From: an uncultured Clostridia bacterium
Lineage (GTDB): Bacteria > Bacillota > Clostridia > TANB77 > CAG-508
DNA length: 64,000 nt
Assembly: GCA_948896235.1 (NCBI GenBank)
Contig: CAQUUC010000004.1
Coordinates: 65,554-129,553 of the forward strand
Reading direction: 5' to 3'
Position numbers and translations under genes: made by a program. Numbering within the stretch: the first letter of the stretch is position 1; every line of letters begins with the position of its first letter. The notes under the pieces were generated by a model. The model saw only the letters and a program-made list of their open reading frames with translations. It did not search any database and was not told where the DNA came from. Of this stretch, positions 41,180 through 52,033 are shown in pieces.

Positions 41180-42418
41180 ATGAGAGATTTAATAACAGTA
41201 GCAAGCTATACAATAAAAGAAATGATAAAAAGAAAATCTTTTATAATTTCAAATATAATAATACTTTTAATAATTGTATTAGGATTTAATGTACCCAATA
41301 TTTTAGATGCTTTAAAAGGCGATGATACAGAAAATTTAAGTAATAATAATGTATTAATAATAGATGAAGATAATATATTTGAAGGAAATTTGGAAGCATT
41401 AAACCAAATGGAATTAGGAAAAAACTTTAAAATACAAAATGAAAGTGTAACAAATGAAGAATTAAAACAAAAGATAGATGATGGAGAAATATTTGCTAGT
41501 CTTATATTAAAGAAAGAAAATGGTACTATAAATATACAATATGTAATAGATAGTATAACTATGAATGAATTACCACAATATGTAATAGAAGCATTATCTA
41601 AAATATACACCAATATGCAAATTGAAAAATTAGGTCTTACAACTGAACAATTAGCAAGTTTGGAGGTAGGATTTAATGTAGAAGTAACACAAACAAATGA
41701 AAATCCAGCCAGTGGAAATGTATTTGCAATAATGCTTTTATCAATTGTACTATTTTATGCAATATATTTTTGTGCATATCAAGTATCAAGTTCAATAACA
41801 ACAGAAAAAACCTCAAAAATAATGGAAACATTAGTAACATCTACAACACCTAGAACAATAGTACTTGGAAAAACTATAGGAATAGGAATAGTGGGATTAT
41901 TACAAGTTAGTTTAATAATATTAGTAAGTGTTATTTCTTGTAATTTATTCTTAGACCCTAACCTATTATCTTCTATAATAGATGTATCAAAAATAACACC
42001 AATGCTTGCTATATCAGTAATAGTATATTTTATTTTAGGGTATGCAATATATTCATTACTATATGCACTAACAGGTTCGACTGTAAGCAAGCCAGAAGAC
42101 ATAAATTCAGCTAATGGACCAGTTGCAATTTTAGCAGTAATAGGATTTTATTTATCATATTTTGCAATGATGAATCCTACCAGTGAAATAAATGTATTTG
42201 CATCAATATTTCCATTTTCGGCACCCTTTAGTATGCCCTTTAGAATAATGATGGGAACAGCAACACCTATTCAAATTTTAATATCATTAGGAATAATGGT
42301 ATTAAGTATAATTGTAATAGCACATATATCAATAAAAATTTATTCTTCTGCAATATTTAATTATGGTACAAAAATGAGCATAAAAGATATTTTGAAAATG
42401 TATAAAGATAAAAATTAA
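41180..42418 (+). CDS. ABC-2 family transporter permease
   Basis: N-terminal TM helix, large extracytoplasmic loop, then 5 TM helices. Translationally coupled to the ATPase gene. Confidence 0.7.
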   Translation: MRDLITVASYTIKEMIKRKSFIISNIIILLIIVLGFNVPNILDALKGDDTENLSNNNVLIIDEDNIFEGNLEALNQMELGKNFKIQNESVTNEELKQKIDDGEIFASLILKKENGTINIQYVIDSITMNELPQYVIEALSKIYTNMQIEKLGLTTEQLASLEVGFNVEVTQTNENPASGNVFAIMLLSIVLFYAIYFCAYQVSSSITTEKTSKIMETLVTSTTPRTIVLGKTIGIGIVGLLQVSLIILVSVISCNLFLDPNLLSSIIDVSKITPMLAISVIVYFILGYAIYSLLYALTGSTVSKPEDINSANGPVAILAVIGFYLSYFAMMNPTSEINVFASIFPFSAPFSMPFRIMMGTATPIQILISLGIMVLSIIVIAHISIKIYSSAIFNYGTKMSIKDILKMYKDKN

Positions 42419-42423
42419 AAAGT

Positions 42424-42458
42424 GAGGGAGCAACCTAAAGTACAGGTTGCTCCCTTTA
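42424..42458. terminator. Bidirectional terminator
   Basis: GAGGGAGCAACC taaagtaca GGTTGCTCCCT hairpin. Confidence 0.55.
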
Positions 42459-42483
42459 GCCAACTTGAATATACAAGTTGAAG

Positions 42484-42600
42484 CTATTTGACCCCTAACA
42501 TACCCTGCCTAAATTCGGCTGAGTTGTAGAAGTCAATACGATCTTCTTTTTCCGGAGTTTCCTCTACTACATTTTTGGTAACTGTTGTGTCTTTGTCCAT
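42484..42600 (-). CDS. Small hydrophilic protein, 38 aa (MDKDTTVTKNVVEETPEKEDRIDFYNSAEFRQGMLGVK)
   Basis: Strong RBS GGAGGAAAGAG 6 nt before ATG. Ends at the bidirectional terminator. Not in the ORF track (too short). Reminiscent of small spore-associated proteins, but no family assigned. Confidence 0.35.
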   Translation of the reverse strand: MDKDTTVTKNVVEETPEKEDRIDFYNSAEFRQGMLGVK

Positions 42601-42791
42601 AGTGCTCTTTCCTCCATTTTCTAAAAGATAGCTTTATTGATTGTTAACATAAATATTATACTGCAATAATTTGGAAAAATCAAGAAAAATTTATAAAATA
42701 CTTGAAAATTAGTATAAAAAATTATAAATTATATATTATATATGAAATTTATAAAAATATATAGGAAAAATAAAGAAAGGTAAAAATAAAA

Positions 42792-44102
42792 ATGGATTTT
42801 GCAAGGGAGACTGCTTTAAAAATATTGTATAAAATAGATGTAGAAAAAGCATATTCTAATATTGTTTTAGATGAATATTTGAATAATTATAGACAAAAAT
42901 TGAGCCCAAAAGATATAAATTTAATTTCTGAAATAGTTTATGGTACAGTTACTTGGAAACTAACAATAGATACTATATTGCAAAAATATTCTAAAATAAA
43001 ATTAAAGAAAATGTCTAATTGGGTATTAAATATTTTAAGAATAGGAGCATATCAAATTCTGTTTTTAGATAAAATACCTAAAAGTGCAGCAGTAAATGAA
43101 AGCGTTAATCTTACAAAAAAATACGCGTTTAAATCAACAAGTCTTGTTAATGCTATTTTAAGAAAAATTGAAAAGAAAGATTATAAAGATCTTTTTTTAA
43201 TAGAAAATATAGAGGAAAAAATATCAAAAATTTATTCAATGCCTAAATGGTTAGTAGAAGAATTACTAAAAGAATATTCAGTTAAAGAAGTAGAAGATAT
43301 ATGTAAATTTTCAAACGAAAAACCTAAAACAACAATTAGGATTAACCTACTAAAAATAAGTAAAGAAAATTTTTTAAAGAAACTAAAAGAACTTAAGCTA
43401 GAATATGAAGAAACTGAGATTGAAAATTACCTACATATCAAAAATGTTAAAAACATAGGAGAATTAGACCTATTTAAAGAAGGGCTTTTTACAGTTCAGG
43501 ATGTGGGAGCTGGAAAAATCGGACTAATGCTTGCGCCAAAAGCAGGTGAGAGGGTTTTAGATGCTTGTAGTGCGCCAGGAGGAAAAACTACTGAACTTGC
43601 AGAAATCATGAAAAATGACGGAAAAATTGTAGCAAGTGATGTTTATAAACATCGCATTAAACTTGTCGAAGAAAATGCAAAAAGACTTGGAATAAATATA
43701 ATAGAGACCTATGAACAAGATGCTACAATTTTAAATGAAGATTTTATTCAAAAATTTGATAAAGTTTTAATTGATGTTCCATGTCTTGGCTTTGGAGTTA
43801 TGAAAAGAAAACCAGATATAAAATGGCAAAGAAAAAAAGAAGATATTGAAGAAATTATAAAAATTCAATTCGAAATATTAAAAAACTCTGTTAAGTATTT
43901 GAAAGTAGGCGGAGAAATAGTTTATTCAACATGTAGCATTTTAAAAAATGAAAATGAAGCTATAATAGAAAAGTGGTTAAAATCAGCAAGAGAGGAAGAA
44001 ATAAAAACACATATAAGATATGAAATAGAAAAGGTAGAAAAAATATTACCAGGGAAAAATACAGATGGATTTTTTATATGCAAAATTATACGTATAAGTT
44101 AG
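42792..44102 (+). CDS. rsmB: 16S rRNA (cytosine967-C5)-methyltransferase RsmB/Sun
   Basis: N-terminal NusB-like domain and C-terminal SAM-dependent MTase motifs (DACSAPGGKT; DVPCLG; catalytic TC in YSTCS). Confidence 0.8.
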   Translation: MDFARETALKILYKIDVEKAYSNIVLDEYLNNYRQKLSPKDINLISEIVYGTVTWKLTIDTILQKYSKIKLKKMSNWVLNILRIGAYQILFLDKIPKSAAVNESVNLTKKYAFKSTSLVNAILRKIEKKDYKDLFLIENIEEKISKIYSMPKWLVEELLKEYSVKEVEDICKFSNEKPKTTIRINLLKISKENFLKKLKELKLEYEETEIENYLHIKNVKNIGELDLFKEGLFTVQDVGAGKIGLMLAPKAGERVLDACSAPGGKTTELAEIMKNDGKIVASDVYKHRIKLVEENAKRLGINIIETYEQDATILNEDFIQKFDKVLIDVPCLGFGVMKRKPDIKWQRKKEDIEEIIKIQFEILKNSVKYLKVGGEIVYSTCSILKNENEAIIEKWLKSAREEEIKTHIRYEIEKVEKILPGKNTDGFFICKIIRIS

Positions 44103-44315
44103 AAAAAATAAGTATTACAACAATATTACAATTAGGTGACAATTAAGTTAAAACTATTGACTTTAAGCATAAAAATAATAAAATAATGAATATAATAATA
44201 AAATGGAAAAATAACGAAAAAAAAGTCAAAATTTCTTAAAACAATTTGTATGAAATTTTGAAAAAATGTAAAACATAAGAATGAAAAAATAAAATATAGT
44301 AACAAAGGAGAAAAA

Positions 44316-45959
44316 ATGTCAACTAGTTTAGGTTTGTATATAGAAGATAATGTAATTAAATATGCTAAAGTTTCAAAAGACAATGATGTTGTTAAAATTG
44401 ACTCCTTTGGAATTAAGTTCTATGATAAAATTAGTGAAGCAATTTCTCAAGTAATAGAAGAAACATACAGTTATAAAGTACCAATAAGCATTAATTTATC
44501 AAATGAAAACTATAATTATTTTTATTTATTTAGTTTGCTAAATAAAAAGGATATGCAAAGTGTAATAAACACAGAATTTGAATCTTTATGTTATGATAGA
44601 GGACTAAACAAAGAAGCCTTTGATACAAGATATGTATTAGTAAATGATTTAGAAGATAAAGAAAAAGTAAAAGCAATACATGTTTCAGCAAGTAAAGCAG
44701 ACTTAGCTAAAAAAGAACAACAATTAGAAGGATATAAATTAACCTATGCTTCACCAATGGGAACTACTATTGGAAATTTATTAGATTACAAAGATAAAGA
44801 AAATGTAATGATAGTAAATATTGAAGACAAAACAACCATAACCACAATAGTAGATAAAAAAATAATAGATATACAAACGATTGATGAAGGAACAAGCCAA
44901 ATATTATCAAAAATTAATGCAAAAGAAAACTCATATTTAAAGGCATATGAAATATGTAAGAATACAACAATATACACTCAAGAAGGAAAAGATTTACAAT
45001 ATGAAGAAAATGATTACTTAGATGATATTATGCCTACATTATATAATATAGTTGGAGAAGTTAGAAAAATTACAAACAACAGCTTAAATAAAATAGATAA
45101 AATATATCTAACAGGAACTGCATCAGTTATAAATAATATCGATATTTATTTTCAAGATTATTTAAAAGACATAAAATGTGAAATATTAAAACCATATTTT
45201 ATAAAAAATTCAGTAAGTAAAATAAATATAAAGGATTATATAGAAGTTAATTCTGCTATAGCTTTAGCTTTACAGGGACTAGGCGAAGGGCTAAAAGGTA
45301 TGAACTTTAAAAAAGAAACTTTAAAAGATAAGATACCAGAATTTTTAACAATGGAAATAGGTGGCTCTAAAAAAGGGAAGGTTTCTAAAACTAATAAGAA
45401 AATAAATTTGAATATTGATATGGATTTAAAAGGAGAGCTAACAGCGTTAGAACAAACCTTAATAAGAATTGCATATGGAATATTAATGCTTATAATAGTT
45501 TATAGTGCAATATCAATATTTCTAAATAGTTCAATGAATAAAAAAGCAGAAGAAATTGAAGAAGCAACAAAACAAGTAAATGCTCAAATAGCTTCAATAA
45601 ACAATGATACTTCAATAATAAAAGCAAATAGAAGTAAATATGAAACAATGACAAAAAGATTAACAGATTTAAATACATCCATAGAAGAAAAAAGAAAAGT
45701 GAAAAATGCAATACCTACATTATTAAATCAAATAATGTTTAGCATACCAAAGGGAGTACAAATAACTTCTATTGAGAATACAAGTGGTACAAAAATAATT
45801 ATAAATGCTCAAGCTAATACTTATGATCAATTAGGCTATTTAAAAGCAAGCATTAAAAATTATAATATACTAATAAATGTAGTATCTGATAGTGGACAAA
45901 AAACTTCACAAGATGGACCAATAAAAACAACAATAGAGGGAGACCTACCAATAGGATAA
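44316..45959 (+). CDS. pilMN: Type IV pilus assembly protein PilM-PilN fusion
   Basis: Actin-like PilM N-terminal part followed by a single TM helix and PilN-like coiled-coil/periplasmic domain (..LIRIAYGILMLIIVYSAISIFL..). Confidence 0.7.
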   Translation: MSTSLGLYIEDNVIKYAKVSKDNDVVKIDSFGIKFYDKISEAISQVIEETYSYKVPISINLSNENYNYFYLFSLLNKKDMQSVINTEFESLCYDRGLNKEAFDTRYVLVNDLEDKEKVKAIHVSASKADLAKKEQQLEGYKLTYASPMGTTIGNLLDYKDKENVMIVNIEDKTTITTIVDKKIIDIQTIDEGTSQILSKINAKENSYLKAYEICKNTTIYTQEGKDLQYEENDYLDDIMPTLYNIVGEVRKITNNSLNKIDKIYLTGTASVINNIDIYFQDYLKDIKCEILKPYFIKNSVSKINIKDYIEVNSAIALALQGLGEGLKGMNFKKETLKDKIPEFLTMEIGGSKKGKVSKTNKKINLNIDMDLKGELTALEQTLIRIAYGILMLIIVYSAISIFLNSSMNKKAEEIEEATKQVNAQIASINNDTSIIKANRSKYETMTKRLTDLNTSIEEKRKVKNAIPTLLNQIMFSIPKGVQITSIENTSGTKIIINAQANTYDQLGYLKASIKNYNILINVVSDSGQKTSQDGPIKTTIEGDLPIG

Positions 45960-45978
45960 AGGAGAAAATAGGTATATA

Positions 45979-46581
45979 TGAGAAAAATTTTAATATCCAT
46001 ATTAATTGTTTTGCTACTAGCAGTTGGATATTTGGTAATATTCAAAGGAATAAATGTATTTGGACTTGATATTTTATCTATTACTCGGAATTAAGAAGAA
46101 AAATGAGGAGTTAGATAGTGCATTAGAAAAAGTAAGTACATTAACAAGCGTAGATGAGCCAAAAGCTGTACTGGAATTAAATGAAAATGCAAAACAATTA
46201 GTAACAGCAAAAGAAGAATATAATGATAAAGTTTTAAATAGTTCAAATGAAGATATTAAAGAAGCAAGAATAACAAGACCATATGAAACTGAATATCTAC
46301 AAACAGTAATAGGAAATCATGCTAAAGATAAAGGAATTAATTTAAGATATGAATTAAGACAAGCAAATACTGGAGTAGCAGGTGAATATGATATATATTT
46401 TACCATTACAGGAAGTTATGTTTCAATATCTGAATTTGTGGCAGCAATAGAAAATAATTCTTCATTGAATTTTAGAATTGAAGCTTTTAAATTAGTACCT
46501 ACAACAAACGATACAGAAAACTTACAAGCAACTTTTAATGTAAAAGGAATTAGCGTTAAAGTTGATAGAACAAGCAATTAG
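45979..46581 (+). pseudogene. pilO: Type IV pilus assembly protein PilO-like; one frameshift (extra C at 46085)
   Basis: ATG 45979 (MRKILISILIVLLLAVGYLVIF..) in one frame and ORF 46054..46581 in another. Removing the C of actCGGaat yields ..LSITGIKKKNEELDSALEKV.. as a continuous bitopic PilO-like protein. Confidence 0.55.
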
Positions 46582-46616
46582 AATTTTAATTATTAAACAA
46601 AGGAGGACACTTTAGG

Positions 46617-47006
46617 GTGAAGTCGATTATAAAGGAAATAATAATTGTACTTTTATTATTGTTAGCAATTATTTTAGTACTAGGAGTATTTTTGTATGAT
46701 TATATACCAACCAGTAAAATAGTACCTAAAATTGAACAATATCAAGTACCTAATAATATTAAAGAAGAATTAGAAAAGAATGTAAATGATACTGAAGAAA
46801 AACAACCACAAATAGTATATGAAGTAGATGGTAAAGATTTAAAAAATGCAGAAAAGTCAAAAGATTATCAAAAAGGAAAAGTAAATCCTTTTTCACAAAA
46901 TACGGAAGGAAATACTGCTGTAAACAATACAAATAAAAATAATACAGCAGGTACAAATAATTCGAATTCAGTAGGTAATTACTTACCACAAACTGGAACA
47001 AAATAA
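46617..47006 (+). CDS. Hypothetical bitopic membrane protein in pilus cluster; C-terminus ends ..NYLPQTGTK
   Basis: GTG start with RBS AAAGGAGGA. N-terminal TM helix. Asn/Thr-rich C-terminal region ending in an LPQTG pentapeptide with no following anchor. Confidence 0.4.
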   Translation: MKSIIKEIIIVLLLLLAIILVLGVFLYDYIPTSKIVPKIEQYQVPNNIKEELEKNVNDTEEKQPQIVYEVDGKDLKNAEKSKDYQKGKVNPFSQNTEGNTAVNNTNKNNTAGTNNSNSVGNYLPQTGTK

Positions 47007-47068
47007 TATAGGTTATATTTATTTATATAGATATATCAAAAGAAAAAATATTTAAGGAGGAATTTTTT

Positions 47069-47284
47069 ATGTTAAAAGGACAAAAAGGTATCACATTAGT
47101 AGCATTAGTAATTACAATCATAATATTATTAATATTAGCTGGTGTAACAATTTCATTAACTTTAGGAGATAATGGATTATTTAAAACAGCTGAGAATGCT
47201 GCAGGTAGTTATAAAAATGCAGCAAATGCAGAAATGAATCTTGTAAATGATTTAAACCAATATGTTAAAAACCATGCACAATAA
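47069..47284 (+). CDS. Very short prepilin-like protein (71 aa) with non-canonical class III signal (MLKGQKG|ITLVALVITIII..); candidate major pilin
   Basis: Strong RBS AAGGAGG. Basic leader ending in Gly then a 22-residue hydrophobic helix. Followed immediately by a strong hairpin terminator. Ala replaces the usual Glu5. Confidence 0.5.
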   Translation: MLKGQKGITLVALVITIIILLILAGVTISLTLGDNGLFKTAENAAGSYKNAANAEMNLVNDLNQYVKNHAQ

Positions 47285-47301
47285 TTAATAAATCATCAAC
47301 T

Positions 47302-47334
47302 AAATGGCATATGCAGATTATGTATATGCCATTT
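47302..47334 (+). terminator. Strong hairpin terminator after the short pilin gene
   Basis: AAATGGCATAT gcagattatgt ATATGCCATTT. Confidence 0.6.
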
Positions 47335-47367
47335 AGCTTAACAGTATGAATAAGAAAAGAGGAAAAT

Positions 47368-48177
47368 ATGCTACAAATCGTACTATTAATTATAATATTT
47401 ATATTAGGAATATATTTTGGTAGCTTTTTTACACTTGCTACATATAGACTTCCTAAAAAAGAAGATATAACACATAAACATTCTTATTGTCCAAATTGTA
47501 ATAATAAATTGGGTGCTTTAGATTTAGTACCTGTATTTAGTTATATATTTTTAAAAGGCAAATGTAGATATTGTAAAAAAAACATAGGTATACGTTATTT
47601 TTTGTTTGAAATATTAACAGGAGCAGTTTTTGTGTTATTTAGCCTTTCATTAAAAATAGATGTTTATAATTTAAAGGTTAGTACAATATTTTATTTTATA
47701 ATAGCAATTTTATATTTTTCTAGCTTATTTATACTTGCAGGGATCGAAAAAGAAAAAGGTATAATCCAGAAATCTGTATTAATTTATGGTGTTTTTGTTG
47801 CATTGGTTTATATGATATATTCATATACACTAATTAAAACAAATGTATATGAATATGTTATATATTTAAGTTTTATGATTATTTTATTACTTGTAGATAC
47901 TAAATTATTAAAGAAGAAGCTAAATTATAATTATTGGATACAAATATTAATTTTAATACTTTATATGTTAATATTTACAGGAGTGCATAATACTATAGGA
48001 ACAATAATTTTAGCAATATTATCAATTGGAATTAGAAACATAATACAGTTTTTTAAAATAAAAAAATCTAAAATAGTTAAAGTAAACAAATTGTCACCAA
48101 TAGCTTTTTATTTATGTGTATCAAATATTATAGTGCTTATATCTATGAATTTTATTGTTAATTATTTTATGAAATGA
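47368..48177 (+). CDS. pilD: Prepilin peptidase (A24 family) PilD
   Basis: N-terminal Zn-binding CPNC...CRYC tetracysteine motif and 7-8 TM helices typical of type 4 prepilin peptidases. Confidence 0.85.
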   Translation: MLQIVLLIIIFILGIYFGSFFTLATYRLPKKEDITHKHSYCPNCNNKLGALDLVPVFSYIFLKGKCRYCKKNIGIRYFLFEILTGAVFVLFSLSLKIDVYNLKVSTIFYFIIAILYFSSLFILAGIEKEKGIIQKSVLIYGVFVALVYMIYSYTLIKTNVYEYVIYLSFMIILLLVDTKLLKKKLNYNYWIQILILILYMLIFTGVHNTIGTIILAILSIGIRNIIQFFKIKKSKIVKVNKLSPIAFYLCVSNIIVLISMNFIVNYFMK

Positions 48178-48254
48178 TTAAAATCAAATATACAAATTTT
48201 ACTATTTAGGAGAGTAAAATTTTACAGAAGTTTAGAGAAAGGGAAGAAAATATC

Positions 48255-48681
48255 TTGAAAATATTTAAATGTACAAGTAATAAAGGATTTACAACAGCTG
48301 AAATAATAATTTCTATAATAATTATAATAATATTCACTTCAATAATTACTAGTGCTTTTTACAATTATTATATAAGTATTAAATCAAAAAATAGAAAAAC
48401 TATAGCTACGAATATAGTAATAGATATCATAGAAAATGTAGAGATGATGAAATATGAAGAAGTCACTCAAGACAAAGTAAATACATTAGTACAGACCTTG
48501 AAAGATAATGGAACTATTCAAAATCGGATATTCTGTTACAGTTACTCTAAACAGATATGATGAAATAGAAGGGAATCAAGATAAAAAAGATTTAATAAAG
48601 CTTTTAACAGTTAAAGTAGAATATACGGTAAATAACAAGCCAGAAAAAAATGAAGTTAGTAGATTAATAATAAAGAAATAA
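48255..48681 (+). pseudogene. Type IV minor pilin (canonical prepilin signal KG|FTTAE); one frameshift (extra C at 48526)
   Basis: MKIFKCTSNKGFTTAEIIISIIIIIIF is a class III signal peptide with Phe+1 and Glu+5. Removing the C of aatCGGata gives ..DNGTIQNGYSVTVTLNRYDEIEGNQDKKDLIKLLTVKVEYTV.. through to the stop at 48681. Confidence 0.65.
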
Positions 48682-48723
48682 TTATAAAACATTAAATTTA
48701 AAAATGAAAGTAAGGAGGTAGCA

Positions 48724-49143
48724 ATGGGCTCATCAAGAGGTGTTACAACTGCAAATTTAATTATATATGTAATTGCAATGCTAATTGTAATAGGGATTAT
48801 TGCAACTATTACTTCATTTTTTTATACCAACGTAAACAATTTAGAAGATAGTAGTAGTAATGTATCAGAAATTACAAAATTTAATATGTATTTTTTACAA
48901 GAAGTTAAAAATGTTAACAATGATATTATTATTCTAAATGAAAAATCCATTACATTTTTAACAGGAAATACTTTCACCTTTCAAGATAATAGCATTTATA
49001 TGAATAGTAGTAGAATTAGTGAAAATATAAAAGATTTAAAATTTTCTTTAGAAGAGATAAATGAAAAAAAAGTTATAACTGTTTTAATAACCATAGGAGA
49101 AAATCTAGAATATACAAAAACAACAAAATATGTAATGAATTAG
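48724..49143 (+). CDS. Prepilin-like protein (MGSSRG|VTTANLIIYVIAMLIV..), putative minor pilin
   Basis: RBS GGAGGT. Short basic leader ending in Gly, hydrophobic N-terminal helix, beta-rich C-terminal domain. Asn at +5. Confidence 0.45.
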   Translation: MGSSRGVTTANLIIYVIAMLIVIGIIATITSFFYTNVNNLEDSSSNVSEITKFNMYFLQEVKNVNNDIIILNEKSITFLTGNTFTFQDNSIYMNSSRISENIKDLKFSLEEINEKKVITVLITIGENLEYTKTTKYVMN

Positions 49144-49234
49144 TAATTTATGTCAAAACACTAAAACATATATAAAAAAGGAAAAATATACGGTATAATA
49201 GAATTAGTACTTAAAAACAAAGGAGGAAATCTAT

Positions 49235-50854
49235 ATGGCAAGACAACCAATAGGAATCGAGTTAGTTAGAAAAGGAGTAATAAACGAAGGAGATATTGAA
49301 AAAGCATTAGAATATCAAAAATCACATCCAAATAGAAAAATGGGTGATATATTAAATATTTTACAAGTAGCTGATTCTTATACATTAATAAAGGCAATAG
49401 GAGAAGTTTTAGATGAAAAAGCAATGATTTTAACTAATAACGATATAAAAATCAATATACAAGATTATATAGGCATAGATGTTCTAAAACAAAATAAGGC
49501 GATACCTTTTGAAATAGATAATGGAAGAATAAAAGTATGTTTTTCAGATACAGCAAATAGAAGAACAGTAGATACAATTAGATTATTATTACTAAATAAG
49601 GGATTAGTAATGGATAAATATATTACCTTTGAAAGTAATATTGAAGAAGTTTTAAGATCATTAGAAGGAAATAGTAAAAATGATATAAAATCAACAAATG
49701 ATATAACAGGAATGGTAGATACAGTAATAAAAAAAGCTATGGATAAAAGAGCAAGTGACATACATTTTGAACCAATGGAGGATTCGTTAAGAATTCGTTA
49801 TAGAATAGATGGGGAATTATATACAGTTGCAAATTTAGAAAAAGAAAAACAGTCTCAAATTATAGGAAGATTAAAAGCAATTTCTAATATGCATCAAGAA
49901 AAACAAGAAGCACAAGATGGTAGAATTATTCTTTATCCAGATTATAATATACGTGTATCTTCACAACCAAATGTATATGGAGAAAAATTTGTATTAAGAC
50001 TATTAAAGAAAAATTCAGATGTAAAGAGACTTTTTGATTTGGGATTTCCAAAGGAGGAAGAACTAGTAAATAAAAGTTTCAATAAGAAAAACAGTGTAAC
50101 TATAATGGCTGCACCTACAGGAGAAGGAAAAACTACAACCCTATATAGTGTGGTAGATTATTTAAACAAACCTAGTATAAATGTAACCACCATAGAAGAT
50201 CCTGTTGAAATTAGAATTCCGGGCTTAAACCAAGTAGAAATAGATGCAAAAACAACTTTTTCAGATTCATTAAGAACAGTATTAAGACAAGATCCTGATA
50301 TAATTTTAGTTGGAGAAATAAGGGATGCAGAAACTGCAGAAATTGCAATGCAAGCAGGACAAACAGGTCATTATGTACTTTCAACAATACATACAATAGA
50401 TAGTGTAGAGGTAATAACAAGACTAAGAAAAATGGGAATATCAAATTATGACATAGCAAGTACCCTTGCTACCAGTGTATCACAAAGATTAGTTAGAAAA
50501 ATCTGTCCACATTGTGCAAAGAAAAGAGATTTTACAGAAGAAGAAATAGATATAATAACGAAATTAGGAAAAAAATATGGAGTAGAGTTTAATACTAATG
50601 GAAAAACTACATATGATGCTGTGGGCTGTGAATACTGTAACAATTCTGGATATTATGATAGAATAGGAATATTTGAAATATTAATAATTGATGATGATAT
50701 AAGAGAATTAATAACAAATGATGCTTCAACCTTAAAAATAAAAGAAGAAGCATTAAAAGGAAAATATAAACCTTTAGTAATAGATGGTTTAAACAAAGTA
50801 TTAAATGGAGTTACTACATTACAAGAATTAAATAAAAAACTAGTTATATTTTAA
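49235..50854 (+). CDS. pilB: Type IV pilus assembly ATPase PilB (GspE family)
   Basis: GspII_E N-terminal domain, Walker A APTGEGKTT, Asp box, His box, and tetracysteine motif CPHC...CEYC. Confidence 0.9.
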   Translation: MARQPIGIELVRKGVINEGDIEKALEYQKSHPNRKMGDILNILQVADSYTLIKAIGEVLDEKAMILTNNDIKINIQDYIGIDVLKQNKAIPFEIDNGRIKVCFSDTANRRTVDTIRLLLLNKGLVMDKYITFESNIEEVLRSLEGNSKNDIKSTNDITGMVDTVIKKAMDKRASDIHFEPMEDSLRIRYRIDGELYTVANLEKEKQSQIIGRLKAISNMHQEKQEAQDGRIILYPDYNIRVSSQPNVYGEKFVLRLLKKNSDVKRLFDLGFPKEEELVNKSFNKKNSVTIMAAPTGEGKTTTLYSVVDYLNKPSINVTTIEDPVEIRIPGLNQVEIDAKTTFSDSLRTVLRQDPDIILVGEIRDAETAEIAMQAGQTGHYVLSTIHTIDSVEVITRLRKMGISNYDIASTLATSVSQRLVRKICPHCAKKRDFTEEEIDIITKLGKKYGVEFNTNGKTTYDAVGCEYCNNSGYYDRIGIFEILIIDDDIRELITNDASTLKIKEEALKGKYKPLVIDGLNKVLNGVTTLQELNKKLVIF

Positions 50855-50875
50855 TCCATAGGAGGAAAAATACTA

Positions 50876-51976
50876 ATGATACAAATAGAAAAAATATTAG
50901 ATTATGCAATCGAAAAAGATGCGTCAGATATACATTTTATCTGTGGCATAAAGCCAATGTTAAGAATTATAAGAGATTTAGTAGAAGTAGAAGCTTCAGA
51001 TATTCTAACACCAGAAGATATGAATGAAATCTATGATTACTTAGTGAGAGGAAATATAGATAAAGATAATGTATTTCAAAAAACAAAAAAATTAGATACT
51101 TTTTTAGAATATACAGATAAACGTTTTAGAGTAAATATTTCATTATCAGAAGATATACCACTTTTTACATTAAGAATAATAAAAAATGAATTACCAAAAT
51201 TTGAAGATTTGGGAGTGCCAGATATTGTAAGAAGAATGACATTCCAACCACAAGGACTAATGTTGGTTACAGGAAAAACAAACTCTGGTAAAACTACAAC
51301 CTTGAATGCTCTAATAAATGAAATAAATGAAACACAAAATAAAAAAATCTTAACTTTAGAAAGCCCAGTAGAATATAAACATCATTCTAAAAAATCAGTA
51401 ATAGTACAAAAAGAAGTAGGAATAGGTGGGGATTCATTAAGTTATAGTGATGGTGTTAAAAACTCATTAAGAGAAGATTGCGATATAGTAGTAGTAGGAG
51501 AAATTAGAGATAAAGAAACAATGGATGCAGCAATAGAAACTGCAGAATCTGGGCATTTAGTAATAGGAACTCTTCACACAAAATCTTGTGCAGAAACAAT
51601 AGATAGAATGATAAATTTTTATGATATAAGTGATCAACCAACAGTAAAATATTTAATAGCATCATTGTTAAAACTAGTAATTTCACAAAGATTACTAAAA
51701 GGAACAGATGGAAAATTAGTATTAGTTCCAGAAGTAATGGTAGTAGATAATATTGTAGCTGGACTAATAAGAAAAGATAAAATAAGTGTATCAGAAATAG
51801 AAGATGCAATACAAAGTAACTTAGAAAAAGGAAGTATAGGCCTAATAAATTCAATTGCAGAACTATTTGTAGATGAGAAAATCACATTAGAACAAGCAAA
51901 AGCACAAATAGAAGAAAAAAATATAGAAACATTAAATAGAACTATTATGCAATTAAGGATAAAAAGAAATAAATAG
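50876..51976 (+). CDS. pilT: Twitching motility / pilus retraction ATPase PilT
   Basis: Walker A GKTNSGKTTT, His box, and the AIRNLIREDK-like motif (AGLIRKDK). Confidence 0.9.
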   Translation: MIQIEKILDYAIEKDASDIHFICGIKPMLRIIRDLVEVEASDILTPEDMNEIYDYLVRGNIDKDNVFQKTKKLDTFLEYTDKRFRVNISLSEDIPLFTLRIIKNELPKFEDLGVPDIVRRMTFQPQGLMLVTGKTNSGKTTTLNALINEINETQNKKILTLESPVEYKHHSKKSVIVQKEVGIGGDSLSYSDGVKNSLREDCDIVVVGEIRDKETMDAAIETAESGHLVIGTLHTKSCAETIDRMINFYDISDQPTVKYLIASLLKLVISQRLLKGTDGKLVLVPEVMVVDNIVAGLIRKDKISVSEIEDAIQSNLEKGSIGLINSIAELFVDEKITLEQAKAQIEEKNIETLNRTIMQLRIKRNK

Positions 51977-52033
51977 ATATAGGTTTTATAAGCAACTTTC
52001 ATGGACCTAAATATAAGAAAGGAGAAGCAAGTA

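Noticed and set aside
44132-44383. Minus-strand ORF 44132..44383 upstream of pilMN
   Set aside because: Low-complexity translation overlapping the pilMN promoter and RBS region, with no RBS of its own.
46990-47006. C-terminal LPQTG of ORF 46617..47006 as a bona fide sortase substrate
   Set aside because: No hydrophobic anchor or basic tail follows the motif. The protein terminates two residues later.
48510-48545. Near-identical 18-mer attcaaaaYcggatattct shared by the minor-pilin frameshift site and the GC-rich gene at about 62520
   Set aside because: 17/18 identity is within chance expectation for a 64 kb AT-rich window. No extended similarity on either flank.
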